Part shown: positions 1 through 9,236 of the stretch, piece by piece
Layout: each line of letters starts with the position of its first letter
Position numbering within the stretch: the first letter of the stretch is position 1
Source: Candidatus Melainabacteria bacterium 17Bon1m
GTDB taxonomy: Bacteria; Cyanobacteriota; Vampirovibrionia; Obscuribacterales; Obscuribacteraceae
Assembly: GCA_032128875.1 (NCBI GenBank)
Contig: JAVLKG010000005.1
Span: 224,001-288,000 of the forward strand
Reading direction: 5' to 3'
DNA: 64,000 nt
Made by a program: the position numbers and the translations under genes
Notes under the pieces: model-generated
Seen by the model: only the letters and a program-made list of their open reading frames with translations
What the model was told of the DNA's origin: nothing
The model's database searches: none

Positions 1-504
1 GCTGAGGCTGAAATCAAGAAGGCTCTTGCGATCAATCCTAACTATGCTGAAGCATATGACGTTTATGGCGTGCTGCTTTCCACTCGCATGAATAGACTGA
101 GTGAAGCCAAATCTGCATTCGAGAAAGCAATTGCCGCTGACCCTAAAGCAAGTCAGCCGCTATATCACTACGCTCAAATGCTGATTACTCAAGGCAAAGA
201 TATCGAACAGGCAAACAAACTTTTGCGTTCGGCAATGGATTTAAATCCTAAAGAATCCAGCTACAAGACAGCTCTTGCTTACATCCAAATTTCGCACTAC
301 AAGCAATTCAAGTCTGCCGAGCAGTTGCTGAGACAAGCACTTGAGGCTAATCTCAGTGATTCGCAGGCGCACTACCGTCTGGGTATGCTTCTTATTGAGA
401 AGCTTGGACTGCGCAAAGAAGGTGAATCCGAGCTGAAGACCGCATTGAGCCAGGACCCGGAGAATCGCGAAATCAAGACCGCAGTGGAGAGATTTGCTCG
501 CTAG
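1..504 (+). CDS. TPR-repeat protein, 5'-truncated by the window edge
   Basis: Frame is open from base 1 (AEAEIKKALAINPNYAEAYDVYG...) with repeated TPR-type helices (ALxxNP/ALxxDP). Confidence 0.85.
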   Translation, partial: AEAEIKKALAINPNYAEAYDVYGVLLSTRMNRLSEAKSAFEKAIAADPKASQPLYHYAQMLITQGKDIEQANKLLRSAMDLNPKESSYKTALAYIQISHYKQFKSAEQLLRQALEANLSDSQAHYRLGMLLIEKLGLRKEGESELKTALSQDPENREIKTAVERFAR

Positions 505-543
505 GTGTTGGCTAGCTGACTGGACTTTTCTGCAATAATACCG

Positions 544-2127
544 GTGATGGATGAGGCTAAATCTCGAAACATCAAAATCACCGTAGCGGCCGCACTGCAG
601 GCTGCGTTGTACGGCGTATGGCCTGTGCTTTTGATTTATTCGATTACACTCGGCGACTACGCTCCCGATCAGCTTGTCGAGCCGATAACTATTGTTTGCC
701 TTGTGAATCTTGCACTCTGGGCAATTCTCTGGCTTTTTCGCATTGACGCGGCAAGGGCTGCTTTGGTCGTGACGATACTTTCTTTGGCAAACTTCTTTTA
801 TTTGCCCTTCTCTGAGATTCTTATTTCCCCAACCAGGTTGTTTCCAGTTCCTATACCGGCAGCTGTTGTCCTAGGAGGGTATTTCCTTATTTTGGCGGCG
901 GTCGTGACCGTTGTTGGAGTGGGCGAAATTAGGCTTGGGCAGAAAAACTTGAAGATAAACGTTGAACCTCTGGTGCTACCGGCGGTGGCAATTGCAGTGG
1001 CTCTTTGTGGCTTTAATGTCTTCACAATCGCCGGCTTTGAAACTAAATCAAACGAAATTGCAAAACAACTAGCAGCCAAGTATTTTCTGGCTGATCAGAA
1101 ATTGGTTATAGACAAAACTTCCGAAAAGCCGGACGTCTATTATGTGATTATCGATGGTTTTGCAAATCCGGAAACGCTCAAAAACATACTTGGTTACGAT
1201 AATTCCGAGTTTGTCGACTATTTGAATCAAAATGATTTCTATGTTGCCTCAAATAGTTGCAGTAATCATGATCGCACTGTATTTAGTGTCACATCTTCGC
1301 TGAATATGGGTTTGATGACTCCACTTTCAGAGTACCTTGGACCGAAAGAGCTGGACTCAAACGTGCCACTCAAGCTGCTTCGCGATAACAGAGTGATGAA
1401 ACTTTTCAAAAAAGCTGGATATCGCATCGTCAATGTTTGTTCGGGCTTTTGCCCAACTGATTACATCCCGCAAGCTGACGTGAATTTGAGATCGGGCTGG
1501 GGCACGGGTTTTAACATGTCTCTGTTTCATCTTTCCCTGCTTGGCGCGTTCGAGCCTTATTTACATACTGTCGAGGACGAATATGCAAATGTTCGAACCG
1601 CGCCAATACGAAGAGCTGCGGAAATATCAAATCTTGAAGGACCAAAGTTCGTCCTGGTACATTGCTTGTTGACCCATCCGCCTTTTATTTTCGATGAGAT
1701 TGGGCGGCATCAACCGCTGACGATGCAGTTATTGTCGGCTCCTTACGTTAGAGACCCTTATCTTGCTCAGCTAAAGTTCACTGAGAAGAATCTGAAAGAG
1801 TTGCTTAATACTTTGTGTCGTGCGGACAATGGAAAATCAATTGTCATATTGCAAAGCGACCATGGTTCGTCCTGTACGGACTGGCGCAATGGCTCGTTGT
1901 TTATAAAGGAACGCATGCGGATTTTGAATGCATACCGTGTGCCAGACCATATGAAAAGAGCTCTGTATCAAACTATCACACCGGTCAATACTTTCCGTGT
2001 TGTGTTGAATGATTTGTTTGGTGCAGACCTTCCTCTGCAAAAGGACGAGTCTTATATCGCCATTCCACCCGCAGAATGGCACAAGTTTCGAGATGTCACT
2101 GAGTTTTTGAAGAAGTCTTGGCAGTGA
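544..2127 (+). CDS. Membrane protein with C-terminal alkaline phosphatase/sulfatase-like (LTA synthase-like) domain
   Basis: About 5 N-terminal TM segments, then PDVYYVIIDG, THPPF and ILQSDHG metal-site motifs. Confidence 0.8.
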   Translation: MMDEAKSRNIKITVAAALQAALYGVWPVLLIYSITLGDYAPDQLVEPITIVCLVNLALWAILWLFRIDAARAALVVTILSLANFFYLPFSEILISPTRLFPVPIPAAVVLGGYFLILAAVVTVVGVGEIRLGQKNLKINVEPLVLPAVAIAVALCGFNVFTIAGFETKSNEIAKQLAAKYFLADQKLVIDKTSEKPDVYYVIIDGFANPETLKNILGYDNSEFVDYLNQNDFYVASNSCSNHDRTVFSVTSSLNMGLMTPLSEYLGPKELDSNVPLKLLRDNRVMKLFKKAGYRIVNVCSGFCPTDYIPQADVNLRSGWGTGFNMSLFHLSLLGAFEPYLHTVEDEYANVRTAPIRRAAEISNLEGPKFVLVHCLLTHPPFIFDEIGRHQPLTMQLLSAPYVRDPYLAQLKFTEKNLKELLNTLCRADNGKSIVILQSDHGSSCTDWRNGSLFIKERMRILNAYRVPDHMKRALYQTITPVNTFRVVLNDLFGADLPLQKDESYIAIPPAEWHKFRDVTEFLKKSWQ

Positions 2128-2128
2128 G

Positions 2129-3544
2129 CTACGGTTGTCCAGGGATGTTGTAGTTTCGCTCTTTCGTGCCGTGAAGCTTCATCAGATACAGCACGCGTCC
2201 TGATTCTTCAAGCGGTGTCTTTTCTATAATTTCAAAGAATTTCCCAAACTCATTTTCAAAAGTCTCTTCCGTGTATGCGGTGAAAATGTCTTTGCGACTG
2301 GCTAGTAGTCGTTGTACCTGCACATCTGATTTTGGCACGAATTCTATGATGAGGGTTTTGCAAACCAGTGAGAAGAATTCTGCAATCCTTTCGAAAGGTA
2401 CGTTGTTGGAGATGGCCAGGTGATGTACTAAAGCAAGTGCAAGACCTGTATCGCAAGGACCTCTTTCAATAAGACTGGCGCGTTCGTTGTTTGACCAGCC
2501 GATGCTGGGAGTGGGTGCGGTCAAATCTATGACGAGTGGAAGAATGCGATTGGAGCTCTCTTTTTCTGCATCGAGGTAATTTTTCTGAACGCAAAGAGGA
2601 TCCATGTCCAGCGATATTGTCATCGCGCCGAGTTCTGCTGCGACTCTGCTATAGCGCCCGCAATTGGCACCAAAGTCGAAGACTGTTTTAGGTGCAGTCT
2701 GCATGAGCATATCGCGCACAGTCGCGAGTTTCTTTTCAGTCGTCTCTGCAGAGTAGCTGTTGCAGTCGTAATAGTCAGACCAATTTGATTGACACTTCGG
2801 CAGATGAATACTGGAGACTGCGGCTTCAAGTGAGTCTATCAAACCCAGCAAGGCATGCTTTGGTAGTCTTCTTGAACTTGCACTTGCGCGAGTGCCTTCG
2901 AATTTGTTTTGCAATCTTGCGTGCAGGAATAAGTGCATCAGCAGATTTCCGTTGAGCAATGCTCGTTTTGGCAAAAGTTTGCAAGCAAGGTCCAGTGGAA
3001 TCCCATCAATATGACTTTGAGTCAGTCTGCTCAAACGCAGGTCTACAAAAGCCATTAGCGCAAGCGGAGCAAGGAAGTGTTGGCAAAATTGTTTGTACGC
3101 AACCCATGGACTGCCTTCTTCATACACTTCGAAAGAGAGCGTATCTATGAGCGATGGCGTTATTCCAAAGAATTGAATGTTATAGGCGCTTGCATCTTTT
3201 AGACTCATTCCGTATTCGAGAGAAATTTTTTGAATTCGCAAAGTGGCGAGTGCCGCTGATTTTAGTTGGCTAAAGCTCCATTCGTACGGATATGAAACGA
3301 ACGGCACACGTGCGGGCTTCAGAATTTTGAATGTACGTCCCGTGCGATTGACTTCAATGTCTGCGTCTTCGTGCGGGACAAGAAGCCCTTTTCCGACGAG
3401 AGTTATGTAGAGGCCGGACTGAGTAAGTTGTTTGAAATTTTCGCTGTAAGAGACGCGAACTTTGCGATAGAGATTTCCTCCTTCTTCGAATACGAATCCA
3501 TTTGGATCGCGGAAGGAGGAAGATAGCGGTTGTGGAGTTGTCAT
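2129..3544 (-). CDS. NoeA-like protein: kinase-like N-terminus plus class I SAM methyltransferase
   Basis: SSFRDP, YPYEWSF, LKDASAYNIQF, then VFDFGANCG SAM motif and ALALVHHLAI; ATG at 3544 follows a GAGG RBS. Confidence 0.8.
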   Translation of the reverse strand: MTTPQPLSSSFRDPNGFVFEEGGNLYRKVRVSYSENFKQLTQSGLYITLVGKGLLVPHEDADIEVNRTGRTFKILKPARVPFVSYPYEWSFSQLKSAALATLRIQKISLEYGMSLKDASAYNIQFFGITPSLIDTLSFEVYEEGSPWVAYKQFCQHFLAPLALMAFVDLRLSRLTQSHIDGIPLDLACKLLPKRALLNGNLLMHLFLHARLQNKFEGTRASASSRRLPKHALLGLIDSLEAAVSSIHLPKCQSNWSDYYDCNSYSAETTEKKLATVRDMLMQTAPKTVFDFGANCGRYSRVAAELGAMTISLDMDPLCVQKNYLDAEKESSNRILPLVIDLTAPTPSIGWSNNERASLIERGPCDTGLALALVHHLAISNNVPFERIAEFFSLVCKTLIIEFVPKSDVQVQRLLASRKDIFTAYTEETFENEFGKFFEIIEKTPLEESGRVLYLMKLHGTKERNYNIPGQP

Positions 3545-3546
3545 CG

Positions 3547-3816
3547 CTATTCTCGCCTCGTAGTTCGCTTGAGGCAAATGCGCTTGAGAAACGCTTTTAT
3601 TGTGAACATAGCGCCGAAAAGAAAGCCCATTGCTAGTTGCAGCATGTAGCTGCCGGTCGAAGGGTCTACATAAGCGGAGGCCGGTTGGATAAAGAAAACT
3701 GATAGTAAAAGAGCCATTGGCAGCGAGTCACTGCCTAGCTGAGCGAAATTGGCACGTTGGCACAACATTGAAAAATCTCCTGGAGTAAGCGCGCCCTTGC
3801 GGCTTCTAAAGTCCAA
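3547..3816 (-). CDS. Small membrane protein with AYVDPSTGS motif
   Basis: Signal-like segment ending PASA-YVDPSTGSYMLQ plus a TM helix; directly upstream of the NoeA-like gene; start uncertain. Confidence 0.65.
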   Translation of the reverse strand: MDFRSRKGALTPGDFSMLCQRANFAQLGSDSLPMALLLSVFFIQPASAYVDPSTGSYMLQLAMGFLFGAMFTIKAFLKRICLKRTTRRE

Positions 3817-4011
3817 CCTATCGCAGTTTTCGGGATTCGCCTATTCTTCAGAGCGTCTTATCGATTGTGAGTATGGAAGTGCCTATAAGAAAATATGGGG
3901 AAAAGTTAGAAAATATAGCTACTCTTCCTTATGCTGTATCCCGAAATGACCGTCGGACTTGCCATAGCGGGAAAGTCCGTGCTGCGCGCGCCTTCTGAAG
4001 AATTTCTGGCG

Positions 4012-4029
4012 TTCCCTCACGTGAGGGAA
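4012..4029. promoter_or_regulatory. Perfect 18-bp palindrome TTCCCTCACGTGAGGGAA, candidate operator
   Basis: Exact dyad symmetry in a divergent intergenic region. Confidence 0.4.
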
Positions 4030-4111
4030 TTTTTCTAGACAAAATTGTCCTATTAATAGTGTTAGCCGGGAGGACCCGCGCCGGTTTGGCTTTAGCAAAA
4101 AGGGACGACCC

Positions 4112-6100
4112 ATGAAACGCCAGAGAATACGCACAGAGCAACTCTATAGAGACCGTATGCGGGGCAACATGATTGTCCTTGTTGTTTCTATTCTTGCGGG
4201 TCTGGTAATAGCCGTCATTCTATTCATGCTCGGCTATATTCGTATTCTCGGATCGCATAGCGAACAGCGCACGGCTATTGAAAGTGCTGCCCTGGCGGCT
4301 GCGAAAGACCTCAGCCGCATTGTTGTCGAGGATCCGAATTTCGGCTTTATCTCTTTGTCGGATGGCGCTCCGGTCGGCACCAGTACCACTGCGGGCGATA
4401 AATACTTCATGCCGGTGCACGGAATCAACACTATTCTCGGCACTATCCGTCTCGACTTAATAGTCGCCGATCAGTTGAATGATCCAGTCATGAAAGAATT
4501 CATCGACAGGGACTACAACAATGCGATGGCTGCCAAAGACAAGCTCGTCAACGTTTTGGACGGTGCAGTCTCCGGAGTCAGCAGCGCGGGGGCGGAGCCT
4601 AAAGACCGAGATGGCGCTATTGTCGACCCCTATGATTCGGCAGTAAAGGCTTACAAAGCCAACGTCATAAGGCAAACAGCCAACTCCAAGTTTGTTGAAG
4701 GTTCGCTCAAATTGCAACTCGGTTGCATCGTTGGCGGAGGCGGCACAAACATCCCGATTCCCAAGCCTGAGAATCTGAGCACTGTCAGCAGCAGCCAACG
4801 CATTGGCAACTTCTATAAGTCTTATACAAATATCCCGTTCGGCGACAAAGACTTCGTCTTCGCCGGTATCGCAGAAGGCGCGACGATTGTCGACAACAAC
4901 AAATTCACGAAGACAATTCCAGGTCTTCCTTATGTGATTCCTTCGATCGTCCGTGCTGAAGGCGATCAAATGATCTCCACGACTGATGGTACGACCGTGC
5001 ATAAGGGTGTGCAAAAAGCAGCAGCTTGCGCTCAACCTTTCAATGTCTACGACCCCAAGCCGGCACCCGGCATCCTCTCGATTAGTTTTCCAGATGGAAA
5101 ACCCCCTGAGATTGCCAGCCTCGGCAGTCTGTGGATGGACCCGCAATTTTTATCACCTTCCAAAGACACACAAATTCTCACCCCCTTGGGCGGTGATTAT
5201 CCTGGCGGCGGCGGAACTCTCACTCCCAGCACCTGGTCAGCAGGTGGTGGCGGAGGCGGCGGCGGCGGAGCTTCCAGCAATACGCCAATGAGTATCATCT
5301 GGAGCAGTTCCTTCTACGACTGGTTGCGCCGCGGTGGCACCAAGGTTGATATCGGTTCAGTTAAGGCGGCAGTTTCTGCGCCATTCCCCAGCCTGGTTCC
5401 GAGCAGCAAAGGTCACGCCAACGTATTCGGTTTTAATCCTGATGGTTCTGTTCGCACAGGTCAGCTTTCCATTCAGCCAATGCCGTACATGTCCGTTAGC
5501 GAAAACCAGTTTGTTTCAGTGTCGAAAGACGCCTACACTAGCAGCGAGCCCGTCAAATATGACGTTATCGTCAGAGACCAGGCCAACATTCGCGGTCGCC
5601 TCAACGGCGGCAGACATGGTGGAGAGCCTCTAGACAACCCGGTTTACGCCTCTGCTCTGGCGGCAAGTCTAGGAGGTTCGGGTGGTACTTATGGTGGTGT
5701 AGTAACCTGGACCCCGACCGCAGCAAGTCTTTTGGGATTGATTGGTATTCAGGGAAACCCATGGAGCGGCGGCCTGCTTGGAGTAGTCCCGACAGGCATC
5801 GCCATTCTCGGACCCTACGGATTGATCACACTTATCTATCCGCCGACCAGTCCTAACTGGGTTGCCGGACCGAACAATGACTTCGGCCAGGGTGTGCTTC
5901 CACCCGCGCAAATAACCAGCTTCACGACTGGACCAGGCGCCGGTGCGCAGCGCCCAACCTACACTACCAATGGCACGGTCATTGATGTCAGGTTTAGAAA
6001 GCAGATTCCAATTTTGCCGGCGCCAGCTCCGCTCACTGTTCTTGGTGGTCCGCGCTATAAGTTGATTGAATACGGCAGCAGCAGTAGCAGCGGACCATAA
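4112..6100 (+). CDS. TadG/pseudopilin-like protein with long Gly/Pro-rich C-terminus
   Basis: Basic N-terminus ending RG|NMIVLVV, hydrophobic helix, then EQRTAIESAALAAA as in Tad N-terminal domains. Confidence 0.6.
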   Translation: MKRQRIRTEQLYRDRMRGNMIVLVVSILAGLVIAVILFMLGYIRILGSHSEQRTAIESAALAAAKDLSRIVVEDPNFGFISLSDGAPVGTSTTAGDKYFMPVHGINTILGTIRLDLIVADQLNDPVMKEFIDRDYNNAMAAKDKLVNVLDGAVSGVSSAGAEPKDRDGAIVDPYDSAVKAYKANVIRQTANSKFVEGSLKLQLGCIVGGGGTNIPIPKPENLSTVSSSQRIGNFYKSYTNIPFGDKDFVFAGIAEGATIVDNNKFTKTIPGLPYVIPSIVRAEGDQMISTTDGTTVHKGVQKAAACAQPFNVYDPKPAPGILSISFPDGKPPEIASLGSLWMDPQFLSPSKDTQILTPLGGDYPGGGGTLTPSTWSAGGGGGGGGGASSNTPMSIIWSSSFYDWLRRGGTKVDIGSVKAAVSAPFPSLVPSSKGHANVFGFNPDGSVRTGQLSIQPMPYMSVSENQFVSVSKDAYTSSEPVKYDVIVRDQANIRGRLNGGRHGGEPLDNPVYASALAASLGGSGGTYGGVVTWTPTAASLLGLIGIQGNPWSGGLLGVVPTGIAILGPYGLITLIYPPTSPNWVAGPNNDFGQGVLPPAQITSFTTGPGAGAQRPTYTTNGTVIDVRFRKQIPILPAPAPLTVLGGPRYKLIEYGSSSSSGP

Positions 6101-6149
6101 CCGCGGCTCCGTGAGCGCAGCTTCCTTTAAAATTGAAGTTTGAATGATC

Positions 6150-6187
6150 AAACAGAGCAGAAGCTTCATCTGCTCTGTTTTGCTTTT
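6150..6187 (+). terminator. Intrinsic terminator
   Basis: 12-bp stem AAACAGAGCAGA/TCTGCTCTGTTT followed by TGCTTTT. Confidence 0.7.
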
Positions 6188-6318
6188 CAGGTTGTCGAAT
6201 TGCTTGATTTCGCACAATTCTTTCTCACTGGTTTTTTGAGGCTCAACTTGGGCAATAGGTTAGTATTGAGCCAATGTGCTAGTGTAGCTCGGACGAAAAA
6301 TCCCATGGTGAGTGCGAA

Positions 6319-6993
6319 TTGATGGACGAAAAGATAAAGGTCTTGCTAGTTGAAGACCATCCGCACATGCGCAAATCATTGAGGCGGCTTCTTGAAAGCG
6401 ATACTGCGATTAGTATTATCGGAGAAGCTTGCGATGGGCGCGAAGGCGTCGATATGTGCGTAAAGCTGAAGCCGGATGTCGTCCTTCTCGATGTGGGTTT
6501 GCCGGTTATGGACGGCATCGAGGCGTGCAGAATGATGCGCGAGAAGAATCCGGCAGTGAAGATAATTATGCTCACTTCGCACAACAACGAGCGCGATATT
6601 TTTGCATCTCTGGCAGCTGGTGCCAATGGCTACTGTTTGAAAGACAGCGACTTTCGAAAGTTTCCCCAGATCGTACAAACAGTCAAAGGCGGCGACCTTT
6701 GGCTGGACGCTGTAATTGCTGCAAAAGTGTTGAAAGTTTTGCCGACAACGGCTTCGACTTTGATCTCGCAGAAGCTGTCGGCTGAACAGCAGATAGTCTA
6801 TGAGCCCCTGTCAAAGCGAGAAGTAGAAGTTTTAGAACTGCTGGTAGATGGTTTGTCTAACTCGGACATCGCAGCGCGAATGGGCATAGGAATCGAAACC
6901 GTAAAGACTCACATTAAGAGTATTCTTGGAAAATTGGCGGTGAGCGATCGCACCCAAGCCGCTATCAAGGCGCTGCGCGCTGGAATTATCTAG
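6319..6993 (+). CDS. NarL/LuxR-family response regulator
   Basis: REC domain (VEDH, LLDVGLPVMDG) plus LuxR HTH (LSKREVEVL...TVKTHI). Confidence 0.95.
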   Translation: MMDEKIKVLLVEDHPHMRKSLRRLLESDTAISIIGEACDGREGVDMCVKLKPDVVLLDVGLPVMDGIEACRMMREKNPAVKIIMLTSHNNERDIFASLAAGANGYCLKDSDFRKFPQIVQTVKGGDLWLDAVIAAKVLKVLPTTASTLISQKLSAEQQIVYEPLSKREVEVLELLVDGLSNSDIAARMGIGIETVKTHIKSILGKLAVSDRTQAAIKALRAGII

Positions 6994-6997
6994 AGTC

Positions 6998-8791
6998 CTA
7001 TTTCGTTTCAAAAGGAAGTCTAACTATGAACGAACTTCCTTTGCCCAGCTCGGTTTCCACAGCGATTTCGCCGCCCAGTAGTCGCACGATTTCATTGCAT
7101 AGATAAAGCCCCAAACCGCTGCTGCCGTAGCTTGCGCGGGTGCGATCACCTTTCACAAAACGGCGGAAAATCTTCTCTCGGTCTTCTTCTGTCAGCCCCG
7201 GCCCCTGGTCTGTGACGCATACGTTGACGAAGTTGTTGTCGACACTTGCACTCACAACGACTTTTGTATTGGCCGGTGAAATTTTTACCGCGTTGGTGCA
7301 GAGATTTGAGACGAGATGAACGATCGCTGTTCTATCTGCTCTGACAGCGATGTTCGTGCCGTTCAAATCATTGACGAGTTCAACATTGTGGTGTTGTGCA
7401 AGCGGGCGAACCACGTCGATGCTTTCTTTGATGGCTGGCGCGAGATCGACGTTTTCAAAGCTGAGCACTTCTACGCCGTCGTCGTATCGGGAAAATTCCA
7501 GCAGTTGTTTGACCATGGTTAGAACGTCTTCGATGCTCTCCCTAATTTCTTCAAGCATCTCTTCGTCTTTGTTCTTTTGCTTTTCTGCCTCGAAAAGCAA
7601 CGCCTCAACTGTGTAATTGCAGGCGATCAGTGGCGTTTTCAAATCGTGCGCGATTGTTTCCAACAAAAGTTCTTTCTGCCGAGAAAGACGAACTTCATCC
7701 GTAACGTCTCGGAGCAAGAGGATGAAACCTTTTAGCTCACTGCCTTCTGTTACGGCCCAGCTGGTTGTATCGAAGAGATGTTCTTCTTTGCTTGAAGGGC
7801 GCCTGATACTGAGGGCGGTGCGTTTCTTTGGCCCGGAGGAATCATCTGTTTGTCTCAGTCCCACCTCGCCAAGCTCGGGAAGCAGCAGTCCTATGCCTTT
7901 TCCCAGGAGCTCGGAGCCGCTGCTATGTAAGAAGTCCGCGATCATTGGATTGGCGTTGACTATCTGTAATTGTTCGTCCAATAAAATTATCCCAACGGGT
8001 GCATTCTCGGCGATTTCACGGCTAATGCGTTTTGCTGATTCTGCCGATGCTTGCACGAGTCGAATATGTCGCCTGATGATAAACATCAGAAGCGCAAAGA
8101 GTACGGCGAGGAAAACCGCGAGGGCTATGAAAACATTGGCCGCCGACTTCGCATCGCTTTCAGACTTGAGGGCTCTGGCTTTTACTATTCGCTGCTGTTC
8201 GAGCTCGATGTAGACTACTCGGCTGCGGATTTGCTGAACTATCTCGAAGCCTTTTTTCGCCGCGAGCTTTGCCGCGCTTTCGTCCAAATCACCCTTGCCT
8301 CGGCTGGCAATGGCAGTGTCATAATGCCGCTCTAACGTCGACATCAGCCATTCCAGATATGAGATATGGTGCGCTCGCCTGCTGTCTGTATCACTCAGAT
8401 TTTTTGTGTTGCGCATGTGCGGCGCCAATTGTTTTGTGGCGCGCTTGTAGTGCTCAAGATTCTCTTCGCTCGGTCGTTTTAGATACTCCACGGCCTGTGC
8501 CTGGACATCTTTCACTACCAGAAAGAGAGATTCCAAAGTCGCCAGCAGCTCGAGCGATCGTTCCGCGGCGCGCTCGCCTTCAATCGCTTTGAACGAATTG
8601 TGATACGCGGAAGCAGAAGTTAGAGCGACCAGAATAATTGCTGTGACAAGACCCGCAGCAAGAATTCCTTCCGCCGACCAGAACGATTTATGCGGCGATT
8701 GAAAGCTATCGGATTTCGCCCTTTGTGGGAGATTGCCGTCCGGCAAAATCAATGGTTTTGCAGCGTCGCTCGAATTGCTGTTTGTGACCAC
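6998..8791 (-). CDS. Sensor histidine kinase (CHASE3-like, PAS, HisKA, HATPase)
   Basis: Two TMs flanking a helical sensor, PAS (ENAPVGI), H-box AHDLKTPL, N, G1 and G2 boxes (DQGPG, GLGL). Confidence 0.93.
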   Translation of the reverse strand: MVTNSNSSDAAKPLILPDGNLPQRAKSDSFQSPHKSFWSAEGILAAGLVTAIILVALTSASAYHNSFKAIEGERAAERSLELLATLESLFLVVKDVQAQAVEYLKRPSEENLEHYKRATKQLAPHMRNTKNLSDTDSRRAHHISYLEWLMSTLERHYDTAIASRGKGDLDESAAKLAAKKGFEIVQQIRSRVVYIELEQQRIVKARALKSESDAKSAANVFIALAVFLAVLFALLMFIIRRHIRLVQASAESAKRISREIAENAPVGIILLDEQLQIVNANPMIADFLHSSGSELLGKGIGLLLPELGEVGLRQTDDSSGPKKRTALSIRRPSSKEEHLFDTTSWAVTEGSELKGFILLLRDVTDEVRLSRQKELLLETIAHDLKTPLIACNYTVEALLFEAEKQKNKDEEMLEEIRESIEDVLTMVKQLLEFSRYDDGVEVLSFENVDLAPAIKESIDVVRPLAQHHNVELVNDLNGTNIAVRADRTAIVHLVSNLCTNAVKISPANTKVVVSASVDNNFVNVCVTDQGPGLTEEDREKIFRRFVKGDRTRASYGSSGLGLYLCNEIVRLLGGEIAVETELGKGSSFIVRLPFETK

Positions 8792-8881
8792 GGCTCGGCG
8801 CGTCTAGACTGGTGAGGGTACACATCAATGATAGTCGGTTCTCAGGACATTTTCGCCGACAATTCAAAAATGCAAATACTG

Positions 8882-8935
8882 AAAATAAAACGCGGCCACG
8901 AAGCGAGGTGGGCATCTCACTTCGTGACGCGCGTT
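8882..8935 (-). terminator. Intrinsic terminator or attenuator upstream of the kinase gene
   Basis: Long hairpin (AACGCG..CACGAAG..CTTCGTG..CGCGTT) followed on the minus strand by TTTTATTTT. Confidence 0.6.
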
Positions 8936-9236
8936 GTCTTTGGAATCTCAGCGACCTCGCGAGGCATCCAAGAATGCCAATCTCCGAAATTCCTTTTTCT
9001 TTCAATCCCAAACCCTAATTGGGTGGCCAGTCAGTCCGTTCGCTAGATATGAGCGCGAGAGTTGAGTCCCGCGCCCTATCTTGCGGCGAATTCTTGCGGG
9101 GGGTCCTTTGGATGACCTCTGGCTACTCTCAATTTACGTGGTGAATCGAGAGTGCATACCCCTCGTGCGAGGGAGTGGCGGAAATATTTTAAAGAGCCCA
9201 CAGGCGAAGCGATCAGGCTGTTTGTCCGATATCGAC

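Noticed and set aside
5243-5269. GGN trinucleotide run as a contingency repeat
   Set aside because: In-frame poly-Gly linker with mixed codons.
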